From assembly GCA_963844965.1 (NCBI GenBank), contig CAWJQC010000007.1, positions 267,719 through 331,718 of the forward strand: a DNA stretch of 64,000 nt, written 5' to 3'. The notes below the pieces were generated by a model. That model saw nothing but the letters and a program-made list of their open reading frames with translations. It was not told the origin of the DNA and made no database searches. Of this stretch, positions 1 to 8,750 are shown piece after piece. Source of the stretch: an uncultured bacterium. GTDB lineage: Bacteria; Patescibacteriota; Minisyncoccia; UBA6257; 2-01-FULL-56-20. The position numbers were made by a program, and so were the translations under genes. Within the stretch, counting starts at the first letter, position 1. Each line of letters opens with the position of its first letter.

Positions 1-275
1 CTTTGCGCAATAACGCCGGCGAGCTCGGTTTTTGGTACACTTCAAGCACGCTTATAGAGACATCGGCGGCGCTCCGCACAGATGTCTCATCAACAATTCC
101 TTTGGAGATTGTCTCTTCCACCGCCAATGGCGGCATAACGCGCTTCGCGTCGTTCAGCGACGCGGGATCCGCCGCGGCGAAGATCGCGCTTGCCAAACAT
201 TACGGTCTCCGCGGGGTCGTTTTCTTCAAATTTGACGGCGGTTTTGACCCCTTGCTTTGGTCAAAGATGAACTGA
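1..275 (+). CDS. C-terminal fragment of a glycoside hydrolase family 18-like protein (partial, runs off the window start)
   Basis: ORF 3..275 ends ...KHYGLRGVVFFKFDGGFDPLLW, resembling the C-terminal strand/motif of GH18 chitinase-like domains. Weak, fragment only. Confidence 0.3.
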   Translation, partial: LRNNAGELGFWYTSSTLIETSAALRTDVSSTIPLEIVSSTANGGITRFASFSDAGSAAAKIALAKHYGLRGVVFFKFDGGFDPLLWSKMN

Positions 276-465
276 GGCCGGAGCTTATTTATGCTTTGCC
301 GCAAACTTCGTTTTGCTCCGCCTCAAGTTGCGCGAAATACATTTATAATCTATATTATCTTCAGTCGCCTTTTGAGATTATAGTTCGTAAGTTCGGAAAA
401 GGGGGTGCCTTACGGAAAAAATCTGCGACCTTGATTACTTTTTCGCGAGGGACGGCATCGTTTAT

Positions 466-1362
466 TTGGTGAGGGGATATTATCATCCGTCTGAGGGAGT
501 TCTCGCTTACCCCGTTTTTTGGCCAGACGAGAGTGGCGACCGTTTGCATCCTTGGCGCGGCAGATACCGGAAAGACGTTAAAGAGTTCAATGAGAAAATT
601 TTTTCGCTGCATCCGGAATATCGCCACAATTTCGTTCCGCGCAATTGTCCGCTCGTGCCTTGGAGCGATATTGATGAAGTTCTCCATCCGAGGAGCAAGA
701 CGCGGATATTTCTGGAGCGGGAGAAGCGAACGGTGTGGCACGCCATAATTCTTTACCTGGCGGAGAAACTCTCCGTTCCGCTTGAAGACATAGGAATTTT
801 CGGCTCGTACCTTGTGGACCTCAACAGGAATATGGATGGCCAGCACGTAAAAGACGTTGATATCGCCATTTACGGGTTTGATAATTTTGTCGCCGTAAAG
901 AACGGTATGGAAAAGCTGCTTCACCACTTCGGATTCGGGCATATTTCCGAAGACCATATCCGCTACCACGCGGAGAAATTCGGCAGAGAGTTTTCTCCTC
1001 GGGCTAATTCGTTCGAGAAGACGCTTGCGAACAAATGGTCGTCAATCCAGATCAGACCTGGACTTTTGAGCACGCTCCGGTTCGTGTATAAAGAAAACGA
1101 GATTCCGCCGAATCCGGTGCAAAGCGGTATCGTGGATGTTTGCAGGATCGTCGGTGAAGTTACGGATGACTCCGGTTGTAATTTCGTGCCGCGAGTTTTC
1201 AGAGTGAACGCGGGCGGGACGGAGTGCACCGTGGTTACGTATTGCTGGGCGTTCCAGGCGTGCGTGAAGAAGGGCGACCGCGTGGCAGTTACAGGAAACT
1301 TGCACGAAGATCGCCGTACCGTGAGCATTGACGCCCCCCAGCAAGGCATAAAGATCCTATGA
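466..1362 (+). CDS. nucleotidyltransferase-fold protein (Pol-beta/MNT-like) with C-terminal beta-rich domain
   Basis: 298 aa ORF. Motif GIFGSYLVDLNRNMDGQHVKDVDIAIYG matches the hG[GS]...DhDh signature of the Pol-beta-like nucleotidyltransferase superfamily. The overlapping minus-strand ORF 361..969 lacks any motif and is taken as spurious. Confidence 0.5.
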   Translation: MVRGYYHPSEGVLAYPVFWPDESGDRLHPWRGRYRKDVKEFNEKIFSLHPEYRHNFVPRNCPLVPWSDIDEVLHPRSKTRIFLEREKRTVWHAIILYLAEKLSVPLEDIGIFGSYLVDLNRNMDGQHVKDVDIAIYGFDNFVAVKNGMEKLLHHFGFGHISEDHIRYHAEKFGREFSPRANSFEKTLANKWSSIQIRPGLLSTLRFVYKENEIPPNPVQSGIVDVCRIVGEVTDDSGCNFVPRVFRVNAGGTECTVVTYCWAFQACVKKGDRVAVTGNLHEDRRTVSIDAPQQGIKIL

Positions 1363-1394
1363 GAACTTTTTCTGGAAAAAAGAACGCCACGGAG

Positions 1395-2066
1395 TTAAAC
1401 CGTGGCATTTTTTCGAACCCGTTCTTGTTTTTTGAGACAATCAACGAGATATTTTACGATCTTTTCGCAATTTTCTTCCGGAGTGGTGCTCACAAAAACT
1501 GCGACATTATGCTTCCTGGCGTCATCAATAAGGAAGTTTTGCTGTATCTTTTCAATGCGCCAGATCTTTTCGCTTAGCCAAGCCTTCTGAACGCCATGGC
1601 GCCTGTCGAATTTCTTCGCCAGAAGTTCCTTGTGGTGAGCGTGGTTTCTGGCGATAAGCAAGATGTGGAATACCCTTGCTTCCGGGATGTTTTGGTATAG
1701 GGACGGGAGAAGATGCACTCCTTCAATCATTGTGTTTTCCCCGACTCTAATGATATTTTTTCGGATAATCGCCCTGGCGCCTCTCCGCAACGCGCGGCAG
1801 TGGCCGAGAAAACCTTTCGCGAAATTGCTTTCTGTGGACTTGCCGAACAATCTCCAGCGGTTATGGCTTCTGCCTTGTATAATCGGCCGGCGGTCGTAAA
1901 GGCGCATGACGTCGCGTATTTCGTCCATGCCGATGACGGTGGCGAACCTGAGGGCAGCGGCGAGCAGCACGGCCGTTGACGATTTTCTGGTCCCGGCCAT
2001 GCCGCAGATGAGGATCAATACCGGCCTCTTTCCTTCCGTGAATTTCTTCACGAGCCATTTGTTCAT
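1395..2066 (-). CDS. P-loop kinase, 2-phosphoglycerate-kinase-like / AAA_33 family
   Basis: 223 aa. Walker A ICGMAGTRKSS followed by ...VIGMDEIRDVMR, typical of 2-PGK-like/zeta-like P-loop kinases. Last gene of a tightly packed minus-strand operon. Confidence 0.5.
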   Translation of the reverse strand: MNKWLVKKFTEGKRPVLILICGMAGTRKSSTAVLLAAALRFATVIGMDEIRDVMRLYDRRPIIQGRSHNRWRLFGKSTESNFAKGFLGHCRALRRGARAIIRKNIIRVGENTMIEGVHLLPSLYQNIPEARVFHILLIARNHAHHKELLAKKFDRRHGVQKAWLSEKIWRIEKIQQNFLIDDARKHNVAVFVSTTPEENCEKIVKYLVDCLKKQERVRKNATV

Positions 2067-2701
2067 TTATGCCTCCTTTCGCTTAGCGGTGCATCTTTTC
2101 AATTTTCGCAAGACCATCGCTAGTGCGCAATAAGCATTTACATCGGTCTTTTTCGCGAGTTCAAGGAACGCTTCCGCTTCTTTTATCCAGCGGGGAAATT
2201 TAGCGCGATTGGGATTTGATCGCGGTATGAGCGGGGCGCGCCTTATCGTGTCATACTTGTCGGCAATGCCAAGGAGTTTTATTCCCCGGCTTCCGTTGCG
2301 GACAAAATCATTGAAGAACCGCGCCTTGAGGATTTTCTTCTCGGCTTCGGTTTCGTGGGCTTCTGGCATCCGAGTTACTCCTTTAACGATATCGTGTGTT
2401 TCGGGACGAATAGGTGCTCAATCGTTTCCAGCGCAACGCCGCCGTCTTCCACGACGTCGTGCAGAAGGGCGGCGGCAAGCAGATGGTAATCGCGGACACG
2501 GAACGTTTCAAAGAGAAAATTGAACACGGCGAGCGGATGGACGAAGTACGGATATGATTCAATTCCGAATTTTTTCTGCCCCCGATGCGCCGCTTCAGCC
2601 ATGTTGTATGCCCGCCAGAGCGCCGATTGTTCGGCGCAGGTAAGTTGCCTGGCGTTCTTCATGAATCGGCGCTTTGCGGCTTTGAGCGATGGGTAACGCA
2701 T
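2067..2701 (-). CDS. HD-domain (p)ppGpp-hydrolase-like protein (SpoT/RelA hydrolase motif), split into two ORFs by an apparent 1-nt indel
   Basis: ORF 2375..2701 contains HRGQ...YPYFVHPLAV...ALLHDVVEDGG, the signature of RelA/SpoT HD hydrolase domains. The abutting ORF 2067..2369 (5 nt gap, different frame) reads KLLGIADKYDTIRRA..., matching the continuing KLADRLHNMRTL helix. Confidence 0.5.
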
Positions 2702-2722
2702 GCGGCCTCCTTTCTTTGCGGG

Positions 2723-3922
2723 CTAAAACCCGAAGTGATTTAGAAGAATTGCTTTAAGATCCATTTTCCGCAACGATTGCCAGAAAATCTTATGCGAAAG
2801 CTTTTTCTTTCTGCGGATTTTTTCTTCCTCGGTCACTTTGCCGCCCATTGAGTGCGCGAGAGTGCCGTGGCGGTCGCTATAGGGGAAGATTTTCACCTTG
2901 TTGAAGTGGAATTTATCTAAGACTGCGGAGGTCGCAAGAAAGTCCGCTTCGGTTTCGCCCGGAAATCCGACGATGATGTGGGTGTTGATCTTGAGGCGAG
3001 GATTTGCCTCCCGGATGCGCTCAAGAAGAGGGAGCACGCGTTCCATGGCATACGGCCGCTGCATCAGGTTGAGAATCCTTTGACTGCCGCTTTCAATGGG
3101 AATGGTGATGAAGATAATTTTTGGCGAGGAAAGCGCCGCGAAAAGCCGTTTTTCGTATCTAACAAGCGCGGCTGGATTGAATTCGGTGAGCACCAATCTG
3201 AAGTCCTGTTTCATCGCGAGGATTTGCTCTAGAAGATCGGCGATGCTCTCGCCGCGGTCTTGGCCGAACATTCCTACGTCATCTGCGTTGAGGGAAAAAA
3301 TACAGTATCCTTCCTCAAGACCGCACAGGAATTCACGCATAATATCCGCTGTTGGCTTTGATACCAGTTTGCCGCGGGCAAGCCGTTCGGCGCAGTAGGT
3401 ACAGGTTCCGAGGCATCCTTCTGAAATTTTGAGATGGAAGACTTTTTCCTTGTCGTAGAGATACGTAAAGTAATCGTCGCGCAGGAACACGCGGTTCAGC
3501 AGCCGCATCAATCTTCCGCCGCGAGACCACTCCCTATGCACTTTGTGACCTATCTTGCGTTCGGCACGACTGAGATTGAACATATTTATCGCTTCTTCCA
3601 GATTTCGGCCGGAGAAAAATCTCCCTTCGGCATTTATCTCGCGCAATCTTTGAGGATTGATGTCGGGCAGACAGCCGAAAACGACCACCTCCTGGTTTTT
3701 TCGTTTGGCGTTGAGGAGCTTCGTGATCTCGCTGACGGCTTTTTCTTCGGCGCTTTCCATGAACGCGCAGCTGTTGATGAGGATGATATCTGCTTCGTTC
3801 GCGCTTGGCGCTTCAATCCAGTTGTTCGCGCTGAGCAGTTCTTTCACGTCCTCTCCACAGAGCATCAGTCGGACGCACACATTCTCGTTGACCAGGTGAA
3901 ATTTCCGCGGAAGTTTGCCCAT
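2723..3922 (-). CDS. radical SAM methylthiotransferase, MiaB/RimO (MTTase) family
   Basis: 399 aa. N-terminal MTTase domain (ILINSCAF...), radical SAM cluster motif CLGTCTYC, and overall MiaB/RimO-like layout. Confidence 0.7.
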   Translation of the reverse strand: MGKLPRKFHLVNENVCVRLMLCGEDVKELLSANNWIEAPSANEADIILINSCAFMESAEEKAVSEITKLLNAKRKNQEVVVFGCLPDINPQRLREINAEGRFFSGRNLEEAINMFNLSRAERKIGHKVHREWSRGGRLMRLLNRVFLRDDYFTYLYDKEKVFHLKISEGCLGTCTYCAERLARGKLVSKPTADIMREFLCGLEEGYCIFSLNADDVGMFGQDRGESIADLLEQILAMKQDFRLVLTEFNPAALVRYEKRLFAALSSPKIIFITIPIESGSQRILNLMQRPYAMERVLPLLERIREANPRLKINTHIIVGFPGETEADFLATSAVLDKFHFNKVKIFPYSDRHGTLAHSMGGKVTEEEKIRRKKKLSHKIFWQSLRKMDLKAILLNHFGF

Positions 3923-4089
3923 TTTTCGTTTCCTTTTATGGTTAAAATTTCAACGGAACCTATAGCTACCTGATTATTAGCATAAAGTTGGGTCGTGAGT
4001 CAATTTTAAGTTTCGGATAGGCTTTGAAGTTTTCAGGGAACATATCGGTCCCAACATGCGAACCGGAAAGGTTCGCTGAACGAAATAAA

Positions 4090-4115
4090 GGGCCTGGATT
4101 CCCGGGCCCTTTTTC
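4090..4115 (+). terminator. GC-rich hairpin plus T-run (gggcctggattcccgggccc ttttt); possible 3' end of a small plus-strand RNA
   Basis: Perfect GC stem followed by TTTTT on the plus strand. It lies in the divergent intergenic region, so it cannot terminate the minus-strand gene. Confidence 0.4.
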
Positions 4116-4190
4116 TGTGTGAAAAACCGCAATTTGCTCTATATAAAACCAAAATGAAACTTTTTACCGGCACTTATCGTATGTATAAGT

Positions 4191-5132
4191 ATGAAAAACA
4201 ACAAATTGTGGTTTCTGGTGTCGGCTTTAGGGGTTGTGATGGCGGTTGGTTTCGCTTTCAGCGCGGCGCACGCTCAAATGCCGCAGGGTAATTTTGGCCA
4301 ACCGGGCCAACAGGGAGGCGGTTTTGGCCAGGGAAACCCGGCAGGAGGACCAAATTCCGCGCGTCACAACATGAAGATGCCGTTCTCCGGCGTGACCGGC
4401 ACCGTGACGGCGGTGAATGGCATGACGATAAGTGTTCAAAGCTCGCGTGCGTCAAGCACGATTTACGCCGTTGATGCGAGCAATGCGACGGTGAGGAAAA
4501 ATAACGCTACAAGTACGGTTTCCGCGATCGCGGTGGGGGACAGGGTGCTCGTCAGGGGCACGGTGAACGGCACTTCCGTTACCGCCGCGAGCATTATTGA
4601 TGGAAATTTTGGTCGCGGTTTCGCTGGGAACGGGAATCCGTTCAATGCCAGTTCGTCGGCCAACGGAATGCCATTCGGTCGCGGCAGAGGCGGCCGTCCG
4701 TTCGGCGCGGTGAGTGGAACAATGCCGTTCGTGAGCGGTACATTTCCTTTTGCGAGCGGGACATCGCCGTTCGCCAGCGGCACGCCGCCGTTCGGCAGAT
4801 TCGGCGGGCTTGGCGGAGAAAGCATCACGGGCACCGTGGCCTCGGTTGGCAATTCAACGCTAACCGTGACTGGGAATAACGGGACAACGTACACAGTGGA
4901 TATTTCAAGCGCCACGCTCGTGAAGCAGGGGAACGCGACAAGTTCGGTCTCGGCTATCAACGTCGGCGACAGTGTGCAGATCCAGGGTAACGTGAGCGGC
5001 ACTTCTGTCACCGCGAACATAATTGTTGATAATGTCAGCCAGAGTTCTTCCAATCGGGGGTTCTTCGGCACCATCGAAGGCGCTATCGGAAACCTTTTCT
5101 CCAAACTGTTTCATTTCAATTTCAGGTTCTAA
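4191..5132 (+). CDS. secreted Gly-rich repeat protein with two duplicated ~70-aa beta domains
   Basis: 313 aa, N-terminal signal/TM (LWFLVSALGVVMAVGFAFSAAHA). Internal duplication ...TGTVTAVNGMTISVQ...ATSTVSAIAVGDRVLVRGTVNGTSVTAASIID repeated as ...TGTVASVGNSTLTVTG...ATSSVSAINVGDSVQIQGNVSGTSVTANIIVD. Between them lie PFxSGT / GRG low-complexity repeats. Confidence 0.55.
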   Translation: MKNNKLWFLVSALGVVMAVGFAFSAAHAQMPQGNFGQPGQQGGGFGQGNPAGGPNSARHNMKMPFSGVTGTVTAVNGMTISVQSSRASSTIYAVDASNATVRKNNATSTVSAIAVGDRVLVRGTVNGTSVTAASIIDGNFGRGFAGNGNPFNASSSANGMPFGRGRGGRPFGAVSGTMPFVSGTFPFASGTSPFASGTPPFGRFGGLGGESITGTVASVGNSTLTVTGNNGTTYTVDISSATLVKQGNATSSVSAINVGDSVQIQGNVSGTSVTANIIVDNVSQSSSNRGFFGTIEGAIGNLFSKLFHFNFRF

Positions 5133-5160
5133 CTCCAAAAATTATCTGGCAGTCGTCAGC

Positions 5161-5190
5161 AAAGCCCCGAATGAATCGGGGCTTTGTTGA
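5161..5190. terminator. bidirectional intrinsic terminator between convergent genes
   Basis: aaagccccgaatgaatcggggcttt palindrome flanked by T/A runs, between the 4191..5132 (+) and 5268..6845 (-) gene ends. Confidence 0.5.
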
Positions 5191-5267
5191 TTGTTCTAAA
5201 ATAAAAAGCGCCGTCCGGTTGGGCGGCGCGCGCTGTAATGTGTGGTGAATAAGCCGTAATTTCTTAA

Positions 5268-6845
5268 TCAACGCAGCCCCGCAGACTTTTCGTTCGCGTA
5301 TTTTTCTATGTCGGCCAGAAAAGAACCGCCCTTCTGTTTTTTCTGCCACTGCCGGATAAGAAGATGCCCTCCGTACTTTATGAAATCCCGGAGCCAGGCG
5401 CGCTCAAAGTAGTGCTTCCACCCCTTAAAGAAATAGTGTAGATGGAAAGTTTTGAAGATGAGCTTGAAGAGGCTGAACGAGCTGTAAAACCATTTCATAA
5501 TCTCAATTGGTTTTTCCTGAAATTCCTTGAGCGTCATGTTGTCTGGAATGAAGCAGGGGTAATTCCCGTCGTAGTATCTCCAACGGACGATATTGAGCGG
5601 AAAGATTCTTCCTTCTCTATCAAGCCTCTTCCGAAGGTCTGTCCCCACCAAGGGCACGGGGTGCAGAACCTGAATGCTGTCTATTTTGGCTTCGCGAATG
5701 AACACCTTGAAGCGCCTAACCATTTCTGAAACGCTTATTTCGGATCGCTGTTCGTTTGGATAACCGAAGATAAACATTCCATGCACCCAGAAATACCGGC
5801 GCAGAGTTTTTGTCCACTCCGCCATGTTCTTGGAAAGATAACCCTTGCGCATGGCTTTAAGGTCCTCATCTATCGGTGATTCATAGCCAATGCAGACCAT
5901 ACTCACGCCGGCTTTTTTCATCGTCTCAAGAATCGGGATATTCCTCGCCGTTTCTAACCTTATCTGAACCGAGAAATCTAAGCTGTCTCTATATTTTTCG
6001 TGGATTAGCCTGAAGAATTCAACAACACCTTCAAGGTTTTCTTCCAGGCGGTCGTCCACGATGAAGAATTTTTTTGCGCCGTATTTTTCCACGAGCCATT
6101 TCACCGTATTGAACACGTGCAGGGGGCTCGCCCAGCGCGGCTTGCCTTTCACACTGCAGAATTCGCAGTTCATGGCACAGCCGCGGACGCGGCCGATGGG
6201 ATAGAGCTTGATCTTTTTCACGTGCCGCAGGAGACCGAAATCCGGGTAGGGAAGATCGCTCAAGTCCGGCAATTCAAGCATCTGTGGCGGATTAGTTGTC
6301 TGCTCGTAGTCCAATTCCCGGAACCAGAAGGAAATTCCAGGGATATCAGCAAGATTTCCACAGTTCTTGAGGGTTGTGAGAATCTGCTGAATGGCGATTT
6401 CTCCATCGCCATGGACGACAATGTCGATATTATTTTTCAATGTCTCCTCCGGGCAGTAATGGGCGTGCCAGCCGCCGGCAATGTTTATAGCTCCTTGGTC
6501 GTAGTAAAATTTGGCCAATTCAAAAACGCGATCCATAGTGGAAGAAAGTCCGCAGTAAAAACCGACAACCGAAGCCGGGTCTTCTTTTTGCAGTTTTTCG
6601 TGGTCCGGCAGACCACGTTCGTCACGTGGGCCTTTGTAATTGTTTTCGTCAATGACTTCAACTCTCCATCCCCAAACTTTATTTGCCGCGGTCGCCACGC
6701 TTATGATTCCGAGGGGCGTGGTCTGCTCGGCAATGCGCGAAAAAATGTTCACTTCCGGGAAAGCGGGGGCGATAAAGCGAATCAGGGGCCAGTCATCGCT
6801 CGTTATTAGCGGTTTCACTATTCTGCCTCCGATGAAAGTTCTCAA
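5268..6845 (-). CDS. B12-binding domain radical SAM protein (class B radical SAM)
   Basis: 525 aa. N-terminal B12-binding-like domain, radical SAM motif CAMNCEFCS, then a TIM-barrel rSAM core. Confidence 0.7.
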   Translation of the reverse strand: MRTFIGGRIVKPLITSDDWPLIRFIAPAFPEVNIFSRIAEQTTPLGIISVATAANKVWGWRVEVIDENNYKGPRDERGLPDHEKLQKEDPASVVGFYCGLSSTMDRVFELAKFYYDQGAINIAGGWHAHYCPEETLKNNIDIVVHGDGEIAIQQILTTLKNCGNLADIPGISFWFRELDYEQTTNPPQMLELPDLSDLPYPDFGLLRHVKKIKLYPIGRVRGCAMNCEFCSVKGKPRWASPLHVFNTVKWLVEKYGAKKFFIVDDRLEENLEGVVEFFRLIHEKYRDSLDFSVQIRLETARNIPILETMKKAGVSMVCIGYESPIDEDLKAMRKGYLSKNMAEWTKTLRRYFWVHGMFIFGYPNEQRSEISVSEMVRRFKVFIREAKIDSIQVLHPVPLVGTDLRKRLDREGRIFPLNIVRWRYYDGNYPCFIPDNMTLKEFQEKPIEIMKWFYSSFSLFKLIFKTFHLHYFFKGWKHYFERAWLRDFIKYGGHLLIRQWQKKQKGGSFLADIEKYANEKSAGLR

Positions 6846-6987
6846 ATAATCTAAGGATTATAGTACTATCTATTGGGCAAAAAAAACAAGACCCAGCTTG
6901 CCACGAGTCGCAGAAATTCTTACGCTCCGCCAAGCGAATAAAACAGGCCCGCTCGGCGTTTCGGTGTCTAAAAGCTGCTTCCAATAA

Positions 6988-7999
6988 CTATAATTTGAAA
7001 ACCATTCTGGCGAACGTATAAAGAATTGCGGCTATAATGGCAGCCATGGGAATGGTTAAAACCCAGACCCAGATAATTCGCAGAGTCACGCCCCATTTTA
7101 CGGCAGAAACGTGCTTGGCCGCGCCGACTCCAGAAATAGCACCGGTTATGACGTGTGTGGTTGAAACCGGCACGCCCAGATAAGTGGCGAAGAAAATGCT
7201 GATGGCGGAAGCCGACTCGGCACAGACACCGTCAATTGGTCGGAGTTTCGTGATTTTTTGGCCCATGGTTTTGACAATGCGCCAGCCGCCGGAAAGAGTG
7301 CCCATTCCAATGGCCGCGTGCGCCATAAGCACGACCCAGAGCGGAATTTTGAAAGTGCTGATAAGCCCGGCAGAAAACAAGAGGCTCGTGACAATGCCCA
7401 TGGTTTTTTGTGCGTCGTTGCTGCCGTTACCCAGGCTGTACGCCGCGGCCGAAACAAGTTGCAGGCGCCTTGACCAAATATTCACCGGTCCCGGCGAAGC
7501 TTTAGTTTTATACAAAACCCAGAGAGTAGCGCTGATAAAGATCATGCCCAGGACCATGCCGATGATCGGCGCGAGAAAAATAAATATGATCGTTTTGTTC
7601 CATCCTTGCCAGATGATTACGTTTAGTCCCGCCTTGGCTACGGCCGCGCCGGCGTAACCACCGATCAGCGCGTGTGAGGAACTAGTAGGCAACCCCAGCC
7701 GCCAAGTGATGATATTCCAGATAATTGCGCCGAGAAGCCCCACTAAAATCACATAAGGAGTTACTACGTTGATGTCTATGAGACCCTTGCCGATGGTGGA
7801 AGCGACTGTAGTGCCGAAGATAAGGAAGGCAACGAAATTAAAAAATGCCGCCCAAACTACGGCTTGGCGCGGCGAGAGCACGCGGGTGGATACGATGGTA
7901 GCAATGGAGTTGGCCGCGTCGTGCATGCCGTTCGTGAAGTCAAAGATGCACCGCTACCAAAATGATCCCTATGACGAGCAACAGGCTATAGCTCAGCAT
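6988..7999 (-). CDS. pit: inorganic phosphate transporter, PiT family (N-terminal helix in a different frame; frameshift near 7946-7953)
   Basis: ORF 6988..7926 begins MHDAANSIATIVSTRVLSP, the conserved PiT GxHDxAN motif. Upstream in another frame, 7943..7999 encodes MLSYSLLLVIGIILVAVHL (TM1), ending 8 nt from the start of the co-oriented DUF47 gene. Confidence 0.75.
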
Positions 8000-8007
8000 T
8001 CTTTTGC

Positions 8008-8631
8008 TTACGAAGATTTGACTATTATGCCCTGAATGATATCGCCTATTTGCTGAAATCTGTCCATAACGTTTTCCAGAGTTTCCAGGATGTCTTTGAG
8101 TTTAATGACCACGATGGGATCGGTGTGGTTTTGGAAAAGTTCGCCGATGGCCCGGCCGAAGATTTCATCACCCCGATCTTCCAGATGGTGCATTTTCAGT
8201 TTAATGCGGTCTAAATGTTCGGTATGCTTAAGTTTTTCCAGGCAATCCAGAAGTTCCGTTAGGCAATGGCTGGCACCGACCATGATTTCTGCGAATTCTT
8301 TAAAAGCCGGATGGTTCTGTGTCAGGCGGTAAATTTGGATATTGTGGATGACATATTCTATCCAGTCAATGACGTCATCCATTTCGCCGGCCAAACGGTA
8401 AATATCCTCGCGGTCAAAAGGAGTGATGAAAGTTTTGTTGAGCTTGTCTACGATGGCGTAGGTATCGGCATCGCCGCGGTGCTCCAGTTCTTTTGCCTTT
8501 TTGGCGTAGCCCTCAAAATCCTTGAAATTCTTTACCAACTCTTGAAATAAGCTGGTAATCTGCGTTATGTCCCGGTCTACATTTTTAAACAGCTCGTTAA
8601 AGACGGGCTGTTTTGGGGCGAAGAATCTCAT
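8008..8631 (-). CDS. DUF47 family phosphate-transport regulator (PhoU-like, PiT-associated)
   Basis: 207 aa helical protein (…ITPFDREDIYRLAGEMDDVID…) directly upstream of and co-oriented with the PiT gene. This is the conserved DUF47-PiT gene pair. Confidence 0.7.
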   Translation of the reverse strand: MRFFAPKQPVFNELFKNVDRDITQITSLFQELVKNFKDFEGYAKKAKELEHRGDADTYAIVDKLNKTFITPFDREDIYRLAGEMDDVIDWIEYVIHNIQIYRLTQNHPAFKEFAEIMVGASHCLTELLDCLEKLKHTEHLDRIKLKMHHLEDRGDEIFGRAIGELFQNHTDPIVVIKLKDILETLENVMDRFQQIGDIIQGIIVKSS

Positions 8632-8750
8632 GTTTACTTAAGTATACCATATGGCCGTAGATAACAGCTTTCTCGGTTGGCCGCCCGCCCGAAACTTTTA
8701 TCTTCAGAAAGTCGTATAATAAAGGTAATAAATAATTAATAACAAAAACC

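Noticed and set aside
361-969. 202-aa minus-strand ORF overlapping the nucleotidyltransferase gene
   Set aside because: No motifs. It is fully antisense to a motif-bearing ORF, so likely a shadow ORF.
4463-5104. 213-aa minus-strand ORF inside the Gly-rich repeat protein gene
   Set aside because: Antisense to the Gly/Thr-rich repeat gene. Its low-complexity Pro/Leu content is typical of a shadow frame of repeats.
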